From: a virus
Reading direction: 5' to 3' (one strand)
IMG/VR virus record: IMGVR_UViG_3300050821_001428
Coordinates: 64,001-128,000 of that record
DNA: 64,000 bases
Part shown: positions 51,903 to 61,447 of the stretch, one piece after another
Position numbering within the stretch: the stretch's first letter is position 1
Layout: every line of letters starts with the position of its first letter
The notes under the pieces: model-generated
Told to the model about the DNA's origin: nothing
Seen by the model: the letters and a program-made list of their open reading frames with translations, nothing else
The model's database searches: none
Translations under genes and position numbers: made by a program

Positions 51903-53207
51903 ATGTTTGGATCCCCTGAACTTAAAAAGTACAGAGAAGCCATCAAAGAGTTACTATGGATTCACCCAGCGGTTGGATCAGTAGCACGATCAATGGGTGA
52001 ACCTATTTTCACTCATGATGAACCGACGGCGTTTTTAGAGTTAGATGATAATAAAGAAATTCGCTTCAATTTTAATCCAGAATTTATTCTAGATACAGAT
52101 ATAGAAATAGTCTCTGCGGTGATTGCTCATGAGTCGTATCATTTGGTTCTTGATCATTTTCAGGAATTGGTAGACAAGGTAATATTCCCCAATACCAAGA
52201 CTCTAGTAATTGCTCAGGAGATTATCGTAAATGATACTATTGAAAATATCTATCATATGACTCTTCCCGACTTCGTTTATCGAGGTTTGCAAACTCTAGG
52301 CGAGGATTGTTCACAGTACACATCCAAGCAGGTATATGATAAGTTACTTGAAGATCAAGATGAGAATCAAGATCAGAACGGCGGTCAAGGTAAGGACGAG
52401 CACGGATGCGGCGGACTTCATAATAGTGACGGAATATCAGATGAAGATGCTAAAACTGCCAAGGGTATACAGGATGCGTTTAATGATCTCATTGATGATA
52501 TTGCCAAATCAGAGGGTAAAACACCAGATGAGGTAAAAAACGATCTTCTAAATGACCACGGCGGAGGATTTTCAATAGGTAATTTACAGGGAGATCGTGA
52601 TGGTGCGCTTAGCCGCGAGCGGCTAAATTGGAAGCACCTGTTAGCCCAGATCAATCCTAAGATCATGGATTCAGGGTCACCTAAACGTCGTACGGAGAGC
52701 AATTGGATGAAGCCAAATCGTCGTATGGTTGCCATATATCCAAAGGTAATTGTACCTGTATCACAACCAAAGGAGAAATCTTCTGACAACGATAATGGTG
52801 ATATGATTCCTTCCTTCGTAATCGCCTTAGACCTATCAGGTAGTATTCCTCTGACATTAGTCGATACGCTACAAGGGTTTCTAGAAGATATTCCAAGTGA
52901 TCTGATTAATGCTTTCCCTTGCACTTGGAGTAGTCATTTAGTGCCATTTGACCCTGAGACTCGAAAAATCTGTAGACGCGACGGAACGTCTATTAGCAGG
53001 GTATCTCGATATGTCAATGAGGTTAAATCTGAGACAGGGAGAGATCCATACGTCCTTGTAATTACGGATGGTCAAATTTATGGAGATTTTACTAGGCCCG
53101 GAAAGCAATGGTACTGGATGGCTATCAATGCTAACTCTGTAAGTCAATGTCAGAAACATGCAGATAAACCTGAATATGTGTATAATATTGAGGATTTCAC
53201 AAATTAA
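51903..53207 (+). CDS. HExxH metallopeptidase-like plus VWA domain protein (DUF2201-like)
   Basis: FNPEF, AHESYH, W...L....W.KPNRR, MIDAS DLSGS, GT, VITDG. Confidence 0.82.
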   Translation: MFGSPELKKYREAIKELLWIHPAVGSVARSMGEPIFTHDEPTAFLELDDNKEIRFNFNPEFILDTDIEIVSAVIAHESYHLVLDHFQELVDKVIFPNTKTLVIAQEIIVNDTIENIYHMTLPDFVYRGLQTLGEDCSQYTSKQVYDKLLEDQDENQDQNGGQGKDEHGCGGLHNSDGISDEDAKTAKGIQDAFNDLIDDIAKSEGKTPDEVKNDLLNDHGGGFSIGNLQGDRDGALSRERLNWKHLLAQINPKIMDSGSPKRRTESNWMKPNRRMVAIYPKVIVPVSQPKEKSSDNDNGDMIPSFVIALDLSGSIPLTLVDTLQGFLEDIPSDLINAFPCTWSSHLVPFDPETRKICRRDGTSISRVSRYVNEVKSETGRDPYVLVITDGQIYGDFTRPGKQWYWMAINANSVSQCQKHADKPEYVYNIEDFTN

Positions 53208-53223
53208 CAAGGAAAACTAATCA

Positions 53224-53400
53224 ATGATGCAAATTCTACCCAATTGGACCGTTACTTATAAGCAAATCGATGGTGGTGAGGAACAATTAATTGTACCAAA
53301 CGGCGATTTAGAAGCAATTGTACGTATCTTTAAATATAGTGGAATAAAATACTTTTTCGTTCATGAGCAGGAGCTAGATAATATTCGGTCTATTGTATGA
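53224..53400 (+). CDS. 58-aa hypothetical protein
   Basis: AAGGA RBS; MMQILPNWTVTYKQ...; ATGA overlap with the HNH gene. Confidence 0.55.
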   Translation: MMQILPNWTVTYKQIDGGEEQLIVPNGDLEAIVRIFKYSGIKYFFVHEQELDNIRSIV

Positions 53401-53708
53401 TGTATAGAAGGAAATTAAATAGTGTAAAGCGTAGAAAAAGACTAGTGACAATAGGTGAGCGTGACGGTTGGATTTGCCAACTGTGTCATGGCGAAGTAGA
53501 CCGTCTAGATAGCGTAAATCATAAAAACAATGTCGGAGAGCATCGTGCTAGTCTGGATCACATCAATCCATTATGCTTAGGTGGTAACGATGATAATAAC
53601 AATGTACGTTTAGCACACCAAAGCTGTAATAATTATATAATCGGTGATAATGTGGAACCTTATCAACCGTTTGATAAAACACCCCTATTTGGTATCGATC
53701 AAGAATGA
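53397..53708 (+). CDS. HNH endonuclease
   Basis: RDGW.CQLC...SLDH..P...GG.....N.RLAH..CN. Confidence 0.88.
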   Translation: MMYRRKLNSVKRRKRLVTIGERDGWICQLCHGEVDRLDSVNHKNNVGEHRASLDHINPLCLGGNDDNNNVRLAHQSCNNYIIGDNVEPYQPFDKTPLFGIDQE

Positions 53709-53761
53709 CTTATGATTGATCATCATAAGATATTAGGTATCTTATAAAATTGCTCTACTTA

Positions 53762-53770
53762 TGCTATAAT
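53762..53770 (+). promoter_or_regulatory. Extended -10 promoter TGcTATAAT, leaderless
   Basis: Perfect consensus; ATG 53777 lies 6 nt downstream. Confidence 0.75.
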
Positions 53771-53776
53771 GAATGA

Positions 53777-55225
53777 ATGCAGTTTTGTGCATATCATCAA
53801 ATAGAGCATCTAGAAGGGGATTTCAACGCCACCCAACTCAAGCGCAAGAATAGTGCTTGGTGTCGCAAGGCTCTAGCTGAAAATAAACGCCTAAAGACCC
53901 ATGGATTAGAGTCCAACTCTAAGGCCAAAGGAAAGGGCGGAAGACCCAATTGGTATACCCTTGAGGATTTAGAGAAGATTCAAAAATGGCTTCAAGAGGG
54001 TAAATCTTATAGCTGGATCGGAAGGCAATATAACCCCGATAGACAAGCTGCGGTTATATCCAAATTGGCGCAAGAACAAGGATGGCAAAGCCAAGACGCC
54101 CTAAAACTTCAGACAAAGTTTGTTGAACCGGAAAGCAAGGTTTGCACCTGGTGTCATGAAGAAAAACCCATTGAAAAGTTTCCTTTAAGATCAGATAGGG
54201 AAGATAATAATGGCATTTCTCGCTATGAAGCAAAATGTCATATTTGTCGTAGATTAGTAGTCCCAGAACGACAAGCGTATAATCGTAATTATCATCAGAT
54301 TAATGCAGATGCTATTCGCCAAAATAAACGCGATTATCGTAAACGTCATCCCGAGACTCATAGGAGAGCGAGTCATGTTAGGCGTGCTACTAAGAATGCC
54401 ACCCGCGTAGAAGCCTACGATGAACGCCAAATATGGGAATCTTATGATGGATTATGCTATGTGTGTCAGAAGTCCGTAGATTTCAATAAGCGTGGACACG
54501 AAGGCGATTCTTTTACATTAGAACATATTGTTCCTATAAAAAAGAAAGGGCCAACTTCATATAATAATTTAGCCGTATCACACAAACGTTGTAATTCTAG
54601 TAAGAAACGTTTGATAGTTCCTGATGTATTCGCTGAGGACAATTATTCGGTAAAAGAAATGATAGATAAATCCGAAGCATATCGTCTATCTTTAGAAAAA
54701 CATTATCTACATCGGAAACGATCATTTAGTTATGTATATGGGTTGTATAGGCATGATCAATTGATGGGATTTGTGGGATTTAGTTCGCCAACTTCGAATC
54801 GTATCTCGAAATCAGTATGCCCTGATGATACGCGCCTAGTCATTGAATTAAGTCGTTTATGGATAGATCCTCAAGCTGCCGTTAATGCTGGATCGTGGCT
54901 AATATCTCGGGCATTAAAAATGCTCCCTCCGTATATTGTAATTTCATATGCAGATTCGGCTATCCAAGATACTAGACATACTAAACCACGCAATCATAAT
55001 GGCCTGGTTTACCAGGCAACTAATTTCTATTTTGCTGGTAAAACCAAACCCTCGCATGAATACGTTGCTAATAATAGTAGATCGGTAACTAAGGATACAC
55101 CTGGTGCTATCAAGCAAGAAGTATCCTCTAAATATCGCTACTGGACTTTGACCGGTAGCAAAAGAGATAAAAAGAATCTTTTCCGATTATGTAATTGGCC
55201 TATACTGGACCCGAAAGATTCCTAA
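53777..55225 (+). CDS. HTH/Zn-finger HNH endonuclease fused to a Mom-family (GNAT-fold) DNA-modification domain
   Basis: HNH: CYVC..TLEHIVP...G.....NL..SH..CN..K. Mom-like: HYLHR, YGLY...L.G...F..P, ELSRLW, SWLISRAL, ISYAD, H.G.VYQATNF, K.RY. Confidence 0.8.
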   Translation: MQFCAYHQIEHLEGDFNATQLKRKNSAWCRKALAENKRLKTHGLESNSKAKGKGGRPNWYTLEDLEKIQKWLQEGKSYSWIGRQYNPDRQAAVISKLAQEQGWQSQDALKLQTKFVEPESKVCTWCHEEKPIEKFPLRSDREDNNGISRYEAKCHICRRLVVPERQAYNRNYHQINADAIRQNKRDYRKRHPETHRRASHVRRATKNATRVEAYDERQIWESYDGLCYVCQKSVDFNKRGHEGDSFTLEHIVPIKKKGPTSYNNLAVSHKRCNSSKKRLIVPDVFAEDNYSVKEMIDKSEAYRLSLEKHYLHRKRSFSYVYGLYRHDQLMGFVGFSSPTSNRISKSVCPDDTRLVIELSRLWIDPQAAVNAGSWLISRALKMLPPYIVISYADSAIQDTRHTKPRNHNGLVYQATNFYFAGKTKPSHEYVANNSRSVTKDTPGAIKQEVSSKYRYWTLTGSKRDKKNLFRLCNWPILDPKDS

Positions 55226-55228
55226 AGA

Positions 55229-55256
55229 AAAAGGGCACCCAATTGGGTGCCCTTTT
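55229..55256. terminator. Bidirectional terminator
   Basis: Perfect 28-bp palindrome AAAAGGGCACCCAATTGGGTGCCCTTTT between convergent genes. Confidence 0.85.
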
Positions 55257-55278
55257 CATTACTATGATAGCTTTTAGA

Positions 55279-56367
55279 TTATAGCTGCCACTGAACAGGA
55301 GCACCTGTGGATAGACCACCGATGTCTAGCTTGCTCGGAGCCGCTGTCGAATCACTCTTTAGAACTCTTGCGATACCACGGGGGTTCAATACAAGCATTC
55401 CGATAAGTTCATCGAGTACCCATCCCTTGTAGAACTGCTCTACAAGGTGATTCTCTTCAACGTCTAGCGAGTACATGACTGGCATAACGCCGACGAACTC
55501 TGGCTCTGCGGTTAGGAAGACCTCGCCCTGAGGAACGATGATCGAACGTTGAATCTGGAACTCACCGAACGATGTGATCTTACCACCTGCAAACACCTCA
55601 TCCTTGAACTTGAAGCCTGTAACATTCAGATCCCATGTGTAAAGGTCACGAATATCAACCGGGTGTGCTAGCACGCGGCGAGCCTCAAGCTGGTTGATTT
55701 CGATCTGCGATACAGCGGAGTAGAAGTCCGATGGCTCTAGTGGGTTACCTGCGCCTAGAAGAACGGTATGCTCATTAGGAGCAACCGATGGACCGGCTGC
55801 GATACCAGAAGCAATACCACCCGTAGGTGCTAGACCAACTGTGCTACCCGACTGCAATGTCGAGCCAAGATTCACAATCGCCTGCTCTAGAAGAAGAATT
55901 AGACGAGCGTCCTCCTGCTTCTGAATTGCCTGACGAGTTTCATCCTGAGCATACTCAACCGCATTTACACGTAGGAAGTAAAGGTCTTCCTTACGAATAC
56001 GTGGGAAGGATGCGATACGGAATAGCTGTGGGAAAGCCTGCTTGCCTTCGAATGGAGTGATCTTGACTTCAGCGTCAGTGCTGTTAAGCACGTAAGCTTG
56101 ACCAAGGTCATCCAGAATATCATAAGGCATAAGTGGGCCACGCTCTAGAGTATCTTCCACAAGGACATTACGTACAATACCCTCATAACGAAGACGGATC
56201 TGGATAGGACCAATCATTCCCTGACCAATTCGACGTAGAGCATTCTGCTTGTCGGCTAGAATAGCTTCCAAACGTGCTGACTTCTGCGTCTTGGAAAGCT
56301 TCGGAGAACCCGATAGCTTCATTTCATAATCTGCGGAACTAACCGCTTGTCTTGTAAATTCTGACAT
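55279..56367 (-). CDS. Major capsid protein (Bxz1/cluster-C-like)
   Basis: MIGPIQ..LRY.GI.RNVL.EDTL...YD.LDDLGQAY...ITPFEGK....LFRIASFP.I.KEDLY matches my recollection of the Bxz1-group MCP. Confidence 0.88.
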   Translation of the reverse strand: MSEFTRQAVSSADYEMKLSGSPKLSKTQKSARLEAILADKQNALRRIGQGMIGPIQIRLRYEGIVRNVLVEDTLERGPLMPYDILDDLGQAYVLNSTDAEVKITPFEGKQAFPQLFRIASFPRIRKEDLYFLRVNAVEYAQDETRQAIQKQEDARLILLLEQAIVNLGSTLQSGSTVGLAPTGGIASGIAAGPSVAPNEHTVLLGAGNPLEPSDFYSAVSQIEINQLEARRVLAHPVDIRDLYTWDLNVTGFKFKDEVFAGGKITSFGEFQIQRSIIVPQGEVFLTAEPEFVGVMPVMYSLDVEENHLVEQFYKGWVLDELIGMLVLNPRGIARVLKSDSTAAPSKLDIGGLSTGAPVQWQL

Positions 56368-56380
56368 AGTTATTATTTCC

Positions 56381-56980
56381 TTAGATCACTAGCTGGATTG
56401 TTAGAGCAGCATTGCTTTTACGTTCAATAACTCTTGCTACTGGAACGGAGCTAGTTGCTGCGGTACCGCCATCCGTGGTTAGAAGGCTTAGACGGCCATC
56501 TGTACCCGCGTAAAGTAGAACCTGCGAACCTGCACCCGCCGCTGCAATCTTCGCTGCTAGACCGGCATCATTCCAAGCTGGAGCCAAAAGGTCATAGACT
56601 GAATCCGGACCCATCCATACGGAGATTTGATTATTCTGGCCTAGACCATCGAACGTTCCGCCGATCCACTGACCTAGTAGACCCCAAGGCTGTACGCCTG
56701 CGGCACCGTTAGCTACTACTGCATTTGAGTTTTGATTCTTAACCATAACAGTTCCGGGAACAATGGAACCATCATAAGTAAATGCGTTGGCGCTACGACT
56801 TAGCGGAGTCGTGTCGGTGCTAACAGGGACACGAATCGAGCCATCCGAATTTCTCAAAGACGGATCAAGGTAGGCCGCATAAGGGAAACCTTGTGTCTGT
56901 GCATAAGCAGGTCTAATTAGACGCTTTTGAGCCGTGATCGAGATATTGGTAGCTGCACCGGGTGAGTATATGGTCTGCAT
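56381..56980 (-). CDS. Capsid decoration/cement protein
   Basis: AQKR.IRP.YA..Q..P...LDP and PG.VM motifs; immediately upstream of the MCP. Confidence 0.7.
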   Translation of the reverse strand: MQTIYSPGAATNISITAQKRLIRPAYAQTQGFPYAAYLDPSLRNSDGSIRVPVSTDTTPLSRSANAFTYDGSIVPGTVMVKNQNSNAVVANGAAGVQPWGLLGQWIGGTFDGLGQNNQISVWMGPDSVYDLLAPAWNDAGLAAKIAAAGAGSQVLLYAGTDGRLSLLTTDGGTAATSSVPVARVIERKSNAALTIQLVI

Positions 56981-57137
56981 ATTTGTATATCAACCTTTGG
57001 TGTATTGTGCTCAAAAGCCCTAATCTACAGGGATTTTGAAACCATTTCAATTATTGTTTAGAGGGAGAAATATCAAAAAATAGTATGAGTAAGAAAAATT
57101 ATAAGATATTCTTGGGGATTATGATAGTAATCAAAAC

Positions 57138-57177
57138 ACAAAGGGTCAGTGTAGAGAAATCTACACTGACCCTTTGT
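57138..57177 (-). terminator. Long hairpin terminator after the protease/scaffold gene
   Basis: 18-bp perfect stem ACAAAGGGTCAGTGTAGA-4nt-TCTACACTGACCCTTTGT, followed by GTTTT on the minus strand. Confidence 0.8.
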
Positions 57178-57218
57178 AAGATATTCACGGCTCAATTACC
57201 AAATTACCGTATGATTAC

Positions 57219-60200
57219 TTACCTACCGAAAATAGCGGAATCCAATACATAGTCATCCATAGGAGCATTGCTCGCAGCCGTGTGATCATTCGCTACGCGA
57301 GTGAAACCATTAGGTGCTGAGCTAAACTTGCCGAACATAGACGGAACCTTAGTTAGACCAGCGGTGCGGTGCTGTGCAATCTTAGCCAGACCAGCAGTCT
57401 TAACCTTACTTAATGATTCAATCTGTGCTAATACTACAGTTTCATCAGTATTATCGAGAGTAGCAATACGATTGAACTTTGCATCAACCGGGGATAAACC
57501 TAATTCAATTTCTAGTTCTGCTAGCTTGATAGATGAGATACGCACAGAGCCGGTGTGAAGCTTCACGTCAGGCGTAGGTACTCCACCAAACTCCATCTTA
57601 TCCTTGGTGGTAGGATCTTGCTGCTTCAGTACGCCATTTCCGTCAGTACCGCTCCAAGTTGTTGTCGGACCAGAGTTATTGGCGGGAGTAGTCTGATGCT
57701 CAAGTAGATTGACGCGCTTATACGAGTCAGTCGCCACCGAATCAGTGGGCTGAACTCCCTGAACCGCTGAACCTCCCTGGGCAACAGGCTTGTTACCCTG
57801 CTGTTCATTCTGTTCTAACGTGTTATCGTCGTAAGAATAACGAGCTTGTGCATATGCATCTTGTGCCTGCTTGACAGCGGCATAATAAGCATTTGCAGCC
57901 TTTACTCCATCTTCGGTTGCTGGGAACGGGTCGCTGGTCACCGGATCAGTAATACCCTTTGCGGTACCATCCGAATCGCCAAAGGTCTTAGTTGGACCAG
58001 AATCTTCAGTTGTCTTATCGGTATTGAAACCGGAATCATCGCTCTTTGGATCAGCGGTCGTAAGGGTTTCGGTCTTATCAGGCTCGACACCCTCGACACC
58101 CGTACCACCAATACCGGTTACATCAATTTGCTTCTGTGCAGTCGAAGCTGCTTCGTTTGATGCTTCATCGAAACCACCAACACCGACAACATCAATGCGC
58201 TCCTTAGCGGAGGTGCCGTCAGGCGGGGTAGCTCCATCAGCAATCTTGGTATTACTCATAGATTCTCCTAAATGATTATGATTGTGATTGCGTTGTGCAG
58301 TTGCCATTAGACGTTGTGCAGTCAGCATTGCTGAGGTAATAGGCGTTCTCTGATCATTCAGAATAACCTGATTACTTGGTTGATTGGTTACAATAGTATT
58401 AGGCTGCAAAACAGGGTTTTCAACCTTGTTAATTCTTGCAGCGGTCTTTTCTGTTACTAATGGAGTCCAACTCATTCTATTATTTACATTGGCGGTGGGT
58501 TGCTGTTTATTAGGCATTTGTCCGATTGGTGCCTGAGTTTGTGGACCAGCAGCAGTTTCTTCTTGAGTCTTCATCTCGTCACGAATTTGTTGTGCCTTTT
58601 GTAGATCGGGGTTGTCAAAATCCTTAGGACTTTGGACAAACCCACACACATCACAAGTTTCACCTTCCATTTGCGCCCCACAATTATGCACTAAAGCGCC
58701 CTCTACAACATATGTATGATCTACATCAACCTCTAGATTGTAAACATATCCATCATATGGTATTTCTTGAATCGAAGAAATCTTAGAAAGATTATATCCG
58801 CCAAATGCCCATTTGTTTTTGCCATACTTGGTTGAATAATCACAATTTGGATTAACTTTATAAGCATTTTCTACCTGATACGTTATCTTTTTATTCAATG
58901 GGTATGTGGTAGTAATTGAAGGCTTATAACAATTAATACGATTACCATACTCTGCCACTTGTAGAGCTAATGTTCTTGATGTCTGCTTAAGGTTACCCTT
59001 TTTATCATGGCCATCTCCATTTAATACTCCTTCAATAATATATTGAATTTTATTATCAGGTAAGAGCATTAATTCAGCCGGTATGATCTTATTATGAGAA
59101 TGTTTACCAATCCAAGCAGGGAACCACCTAGCCAACACAGTGCTACCTACTACTACCCATATACTATTAGGCTTATTAGGAACGGTGTAGAGCGTAGGAT
59201 GATATCCTAATTCAGTAAATATCCTTATTAGACGATCTTGATATTCTGTTTCCTTACGATGTAAAGCGAAATTAATCTCTCGTTTATTATTGCTACCCTC
59301 GGCTATATACATACCAATAGCCCATAAGAAATCTGGAGTTAATTCAAACTCGGTTGGTCCTAAAGTACGAGATCCAGATTTAATACCGATTTTACCTCGA
59401 TAAATTTGACTTGCTATATGGCGCGAAACACCCGTAAGTTCCCCGATACGTTTCCATCCCAAATGATCTACCTCACGCAACATCTTAATTTGAGGCTTGA
59501 TATCAGAATAATCTACATATTCGTTACCCCTAAATTGCTCCGGTACAGATACAGTTGTGATATCACGAACAATGCTAGGACCAACATGCACCAAATAATT
59601 CTGATTTGTTAAAGACGATGCAGACTGGAAATGTAAATGATGATTTTCTTCAAATGACTGTGATTTGTCGCAGACGCCGGGGGCGCACTTTTGATGATGA
59701 TCACCTGTTTGAGCAAGAGTATAAAATGGGTGATCAGGAGTAGCAATAACAGGTTGAGTAAATAAGCCAGAATCAATTTTGATGGCATTACCCGTAAATT
59801 TATTCTCCATCACATTGAGGACGGGATGGAAATGACCATCTCCGGTTAATACCTTGGTACCCATCTTAATCATCTCAATAGGTTCATACCCATTTTCAGT
59901 GCGTACCAATGTACCGGGTGCAAAGCAAATAGGACAGATATGTTCATCTCTCAATGTGTCGATATCGTCTGGGGCATGTACCTTCATTGACTGTGGAAGC
60001 TCGTTTTCGGAAGTATGTACGTGTGACCAACGAGGGTCATTCTGAGTGACTTGATTAGGAATCGCTTCAGGACCACCATGTAGTTCCTGATCGTAGATAC
60101 CACCGGGAGGGGTTGGACGTGCAGGAGATGGAGAACCAATCGGTAATCCATTTTCATCTACTTCTTCATTCTGCTTCATGAAGTATGGTAGCTGAACGCC

Positions 60201-61187
60201 CTGTTCGTCCAAATGAGGAACACCTTGATTATACTGGCCATAACTCGGATCTTCAAACTCCTGATATGTCCCGTCAATACCTTGTGTATGTGGGGCAAAT
60301 TTGTCACGGTCGTCAGGATGTATGATCCCTGGACCATTCGGATCATATTGACCCTCAGCTACAGGATTATAATAGTTATTATCCCATCTACCACCATCTC
60401 GACCCGAAGCAATAATTTCCTTAGTTAAAGCTGTCTCGTCTGCTGGATTAAAGACACCGGAGATTTCAAAAAATTGAACACCACCAACATTTTCATAACT
60501 CTTCTTTTTGATCTTCTGACCAGAAGCGGTCTTATAATCATGTTCATGACCCTTAAGCTTCACATGTGAGCAGAATTCAGCAGCAGTATGCGCTTTATTG
60601 CCACAATGTGAACATGTAGAGAATTCACAATTACAACCCATAGAGAAACCGTCAATATGACCTAGCTTTACTGCATTAGCAAACTTAGGATAGCTCTTGG
60701 CATCAATCTCTAGCAGTAATTCAATCTCACAAGCAGGTAGATGTGAAGAATCTACTTCTCTAGATGACCAATATGGATCAAGGTCGGCCGTTTTAGCATC
60801 TAAGACACGGAACTTAGAATCAACAATCATACCTCTAGTCTTCTTTGGATCACCGTTATTGTGATCGACAAAGATAGGCTTATTCATAAAGGTAGCAAAG
60901 CCATACTTCTGATTACCGTTAGAAGCTTCTAGTGTGAAACCGTCTGTCGAATGGTGCTTTGCTAGAATGTCAGGAGATCCAGCTAACTCTACCGTAGGCC
61001 AGCCGTCATGATTCTGATTTATGCGCGAACTGATAGAACGGATTCTTACATACAGAAAATCATCGTCTGTACGGAAGTCGTTATATTCCGACATCTTATT
61101 TAGGGAAGCGGTGTAGATGCGATCCTTAGATCCCTTGAGGTCTAAAACGTCGGCAATCTCGGCTGATGCATATTTGGTCAGGCTCAT
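57219..61187 (-). CDS. Capsid maturation protease/scaffold polyprotein containing an intein
   Basis: Protease-like motifs N.N.D, PIFVDHN, G.I.D, FSMGC...CS.CG...C.H, E...V.FFEIS.V..PAD.TA; repetitive acidic C-terminus; upstream of decoration/MCP. Confidence 0.78.
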   Translation of the reverse strand: MSLTKYASAEIADVLDLKGSKDRIYTASLNKMSEYNDFRTDDDFLYVRIRSISSRINQNHDGWPTVELAGSPDILAKHHSTDGFTLEASNGNQKYGFATFMNKPIFVDHNNGDPKKTRGMIVDSKFRVLDAKTADLDPYWSSREVDSSHLPACEIELLLEIDAKSYPKFANAVKLGHIDGFSMGCNCEFSTCSHCGNKAHTAAEFCSHVKLKGHEHDYKTASGQKIKKKSYENVGGVQFFEISGVFNPADETALTKEIIASGRDGGRWDNNYYNPVAEGQYDPNGPGIIHPDDRDKFAPHTQGIDGTYQEFEDPSYGQYNQGVPHLDEQGVQLPYFMKQNEEVDENGLPIGSPSPARPTPPGGIYDQELHGGPEAIPNQVTQNDPRWSHVHTSENELPQSMKVHAPDDIDTLRDEHICPICFAPGTLVRTENGYEPIEMIKMGTKVLTGDGHFHPVLNVMENKFTGNAIKIDSGLFTQPVIATPDHPFYTLAQTGDHHQKCAPGVCDKSQSFEENHHLHFQSASSLTNQNYLVHVGPSIVRDITTVSVPEQFRGNEYVDYSDIKPQIKMLREVDHLGWKRIGELTGVSRHIASQIYRGKIGIKSGSRTLGPTEFELTPDFLWAIGMYIAEGSNNKREINFALHRKETEYQDRLIRIFTELGYHPTLYTVPNKPNSIWVVVGSTVLARWFPAWIGKHSHNKIIPAELMLLPDNKIQYIIEGVLNGDGHDKKGNLKQTSRTLALQVAEYGNRINCYKPSITTTYPLNKKITYQVENAYKVNPNCDYSTKYGKNKWAFGGYNLSKISSIQEIPYDGYVYNLEVDVDHTYVVEGALVHNCGAQMEGETCDVCGFVQSPKDFDNPDLQKAQQIRDEMKTQEETAAGPQTQAPIGQMPNKQQPTANVNNRMSWTPLVTEKTAARINKVENPVLQPNTIVTNQPSNQVILNDQRTPITSAMLTAQRLMATAQRNHNHNHLGESMSNTKIADGATPPDGTSAKERIDVVGVGGFDEASNEAASTAQKQIDVTGIGGTGVEGVEPDKTETLTTADPKSDDSGFNTDKTTEDSGPTKTFGDSDGTAKGITDPVTSDPFPATEDGVKAANAYYAAVKQAQDAYAQARYSYDDNTLEQNEQQGNKPVAQGGSAVQGVQPTDSVATDSYKRVNLLEHQTTPANNSGPTTTWSGTDGNGVLKQQDPTTKDKMEFGGVPTPDVKLHTGSVRISSIKLAELEIELGLSPVDAKFNRIATLDNTDETVVLAQIESLSKVKTAGLAKIAQHRTAGLTKVPSMFGKFSSAPNGFTRVANDHTAASNAPMDDYVLDSAIFGR
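58683..59927 (-). mobile_element. Intein (415 aa) with HTH and LAGLIDADG homing endonuclease
   Basis: Block A CFAPGTLV; block B ATPDHPF; IGMYIAEGS and IEGVLNGDG; blocks F/G VYNLEV..HTYVVEGALVHN/C. Confidence 0.93.
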
Positions 61188-61254
61188 TTATCTATTACCT
61201 TTACTACGAATGCATTGTTTTAAAGCCATATCGTATATTAATATGAAGGAAATC

Positions 61255-61437
61255 CTAGTTATCTTCTAAAAGATTAACTAGGACTGCCTCCTGATCATAA
61301 GTTATGCTTTTGAGTAAGGAAATAGCAGAACGCTCTTGACGTTCGTCAAGGCCCATAGCCTCGATCGCGCCAGCTAACCGACCGCGCAAGCGATTCATGC
61401 TATTATGTATCTCCTGCTCAAGCTCTTCGGAAGGCAT
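61255..61437 (-). CDS. 60-aa hypothetical protein
   Basis: GAGGG RBS; co-directional. Confidence 0.55.
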   Translation of the reverse strand: MPSEELEQEIHNSMNRLRGRLAGAIEAMGLDERQERSAISLLKSITYDQEAVLVNLLEDN

Positions 61438-61447
61438 ATTACCCTCT

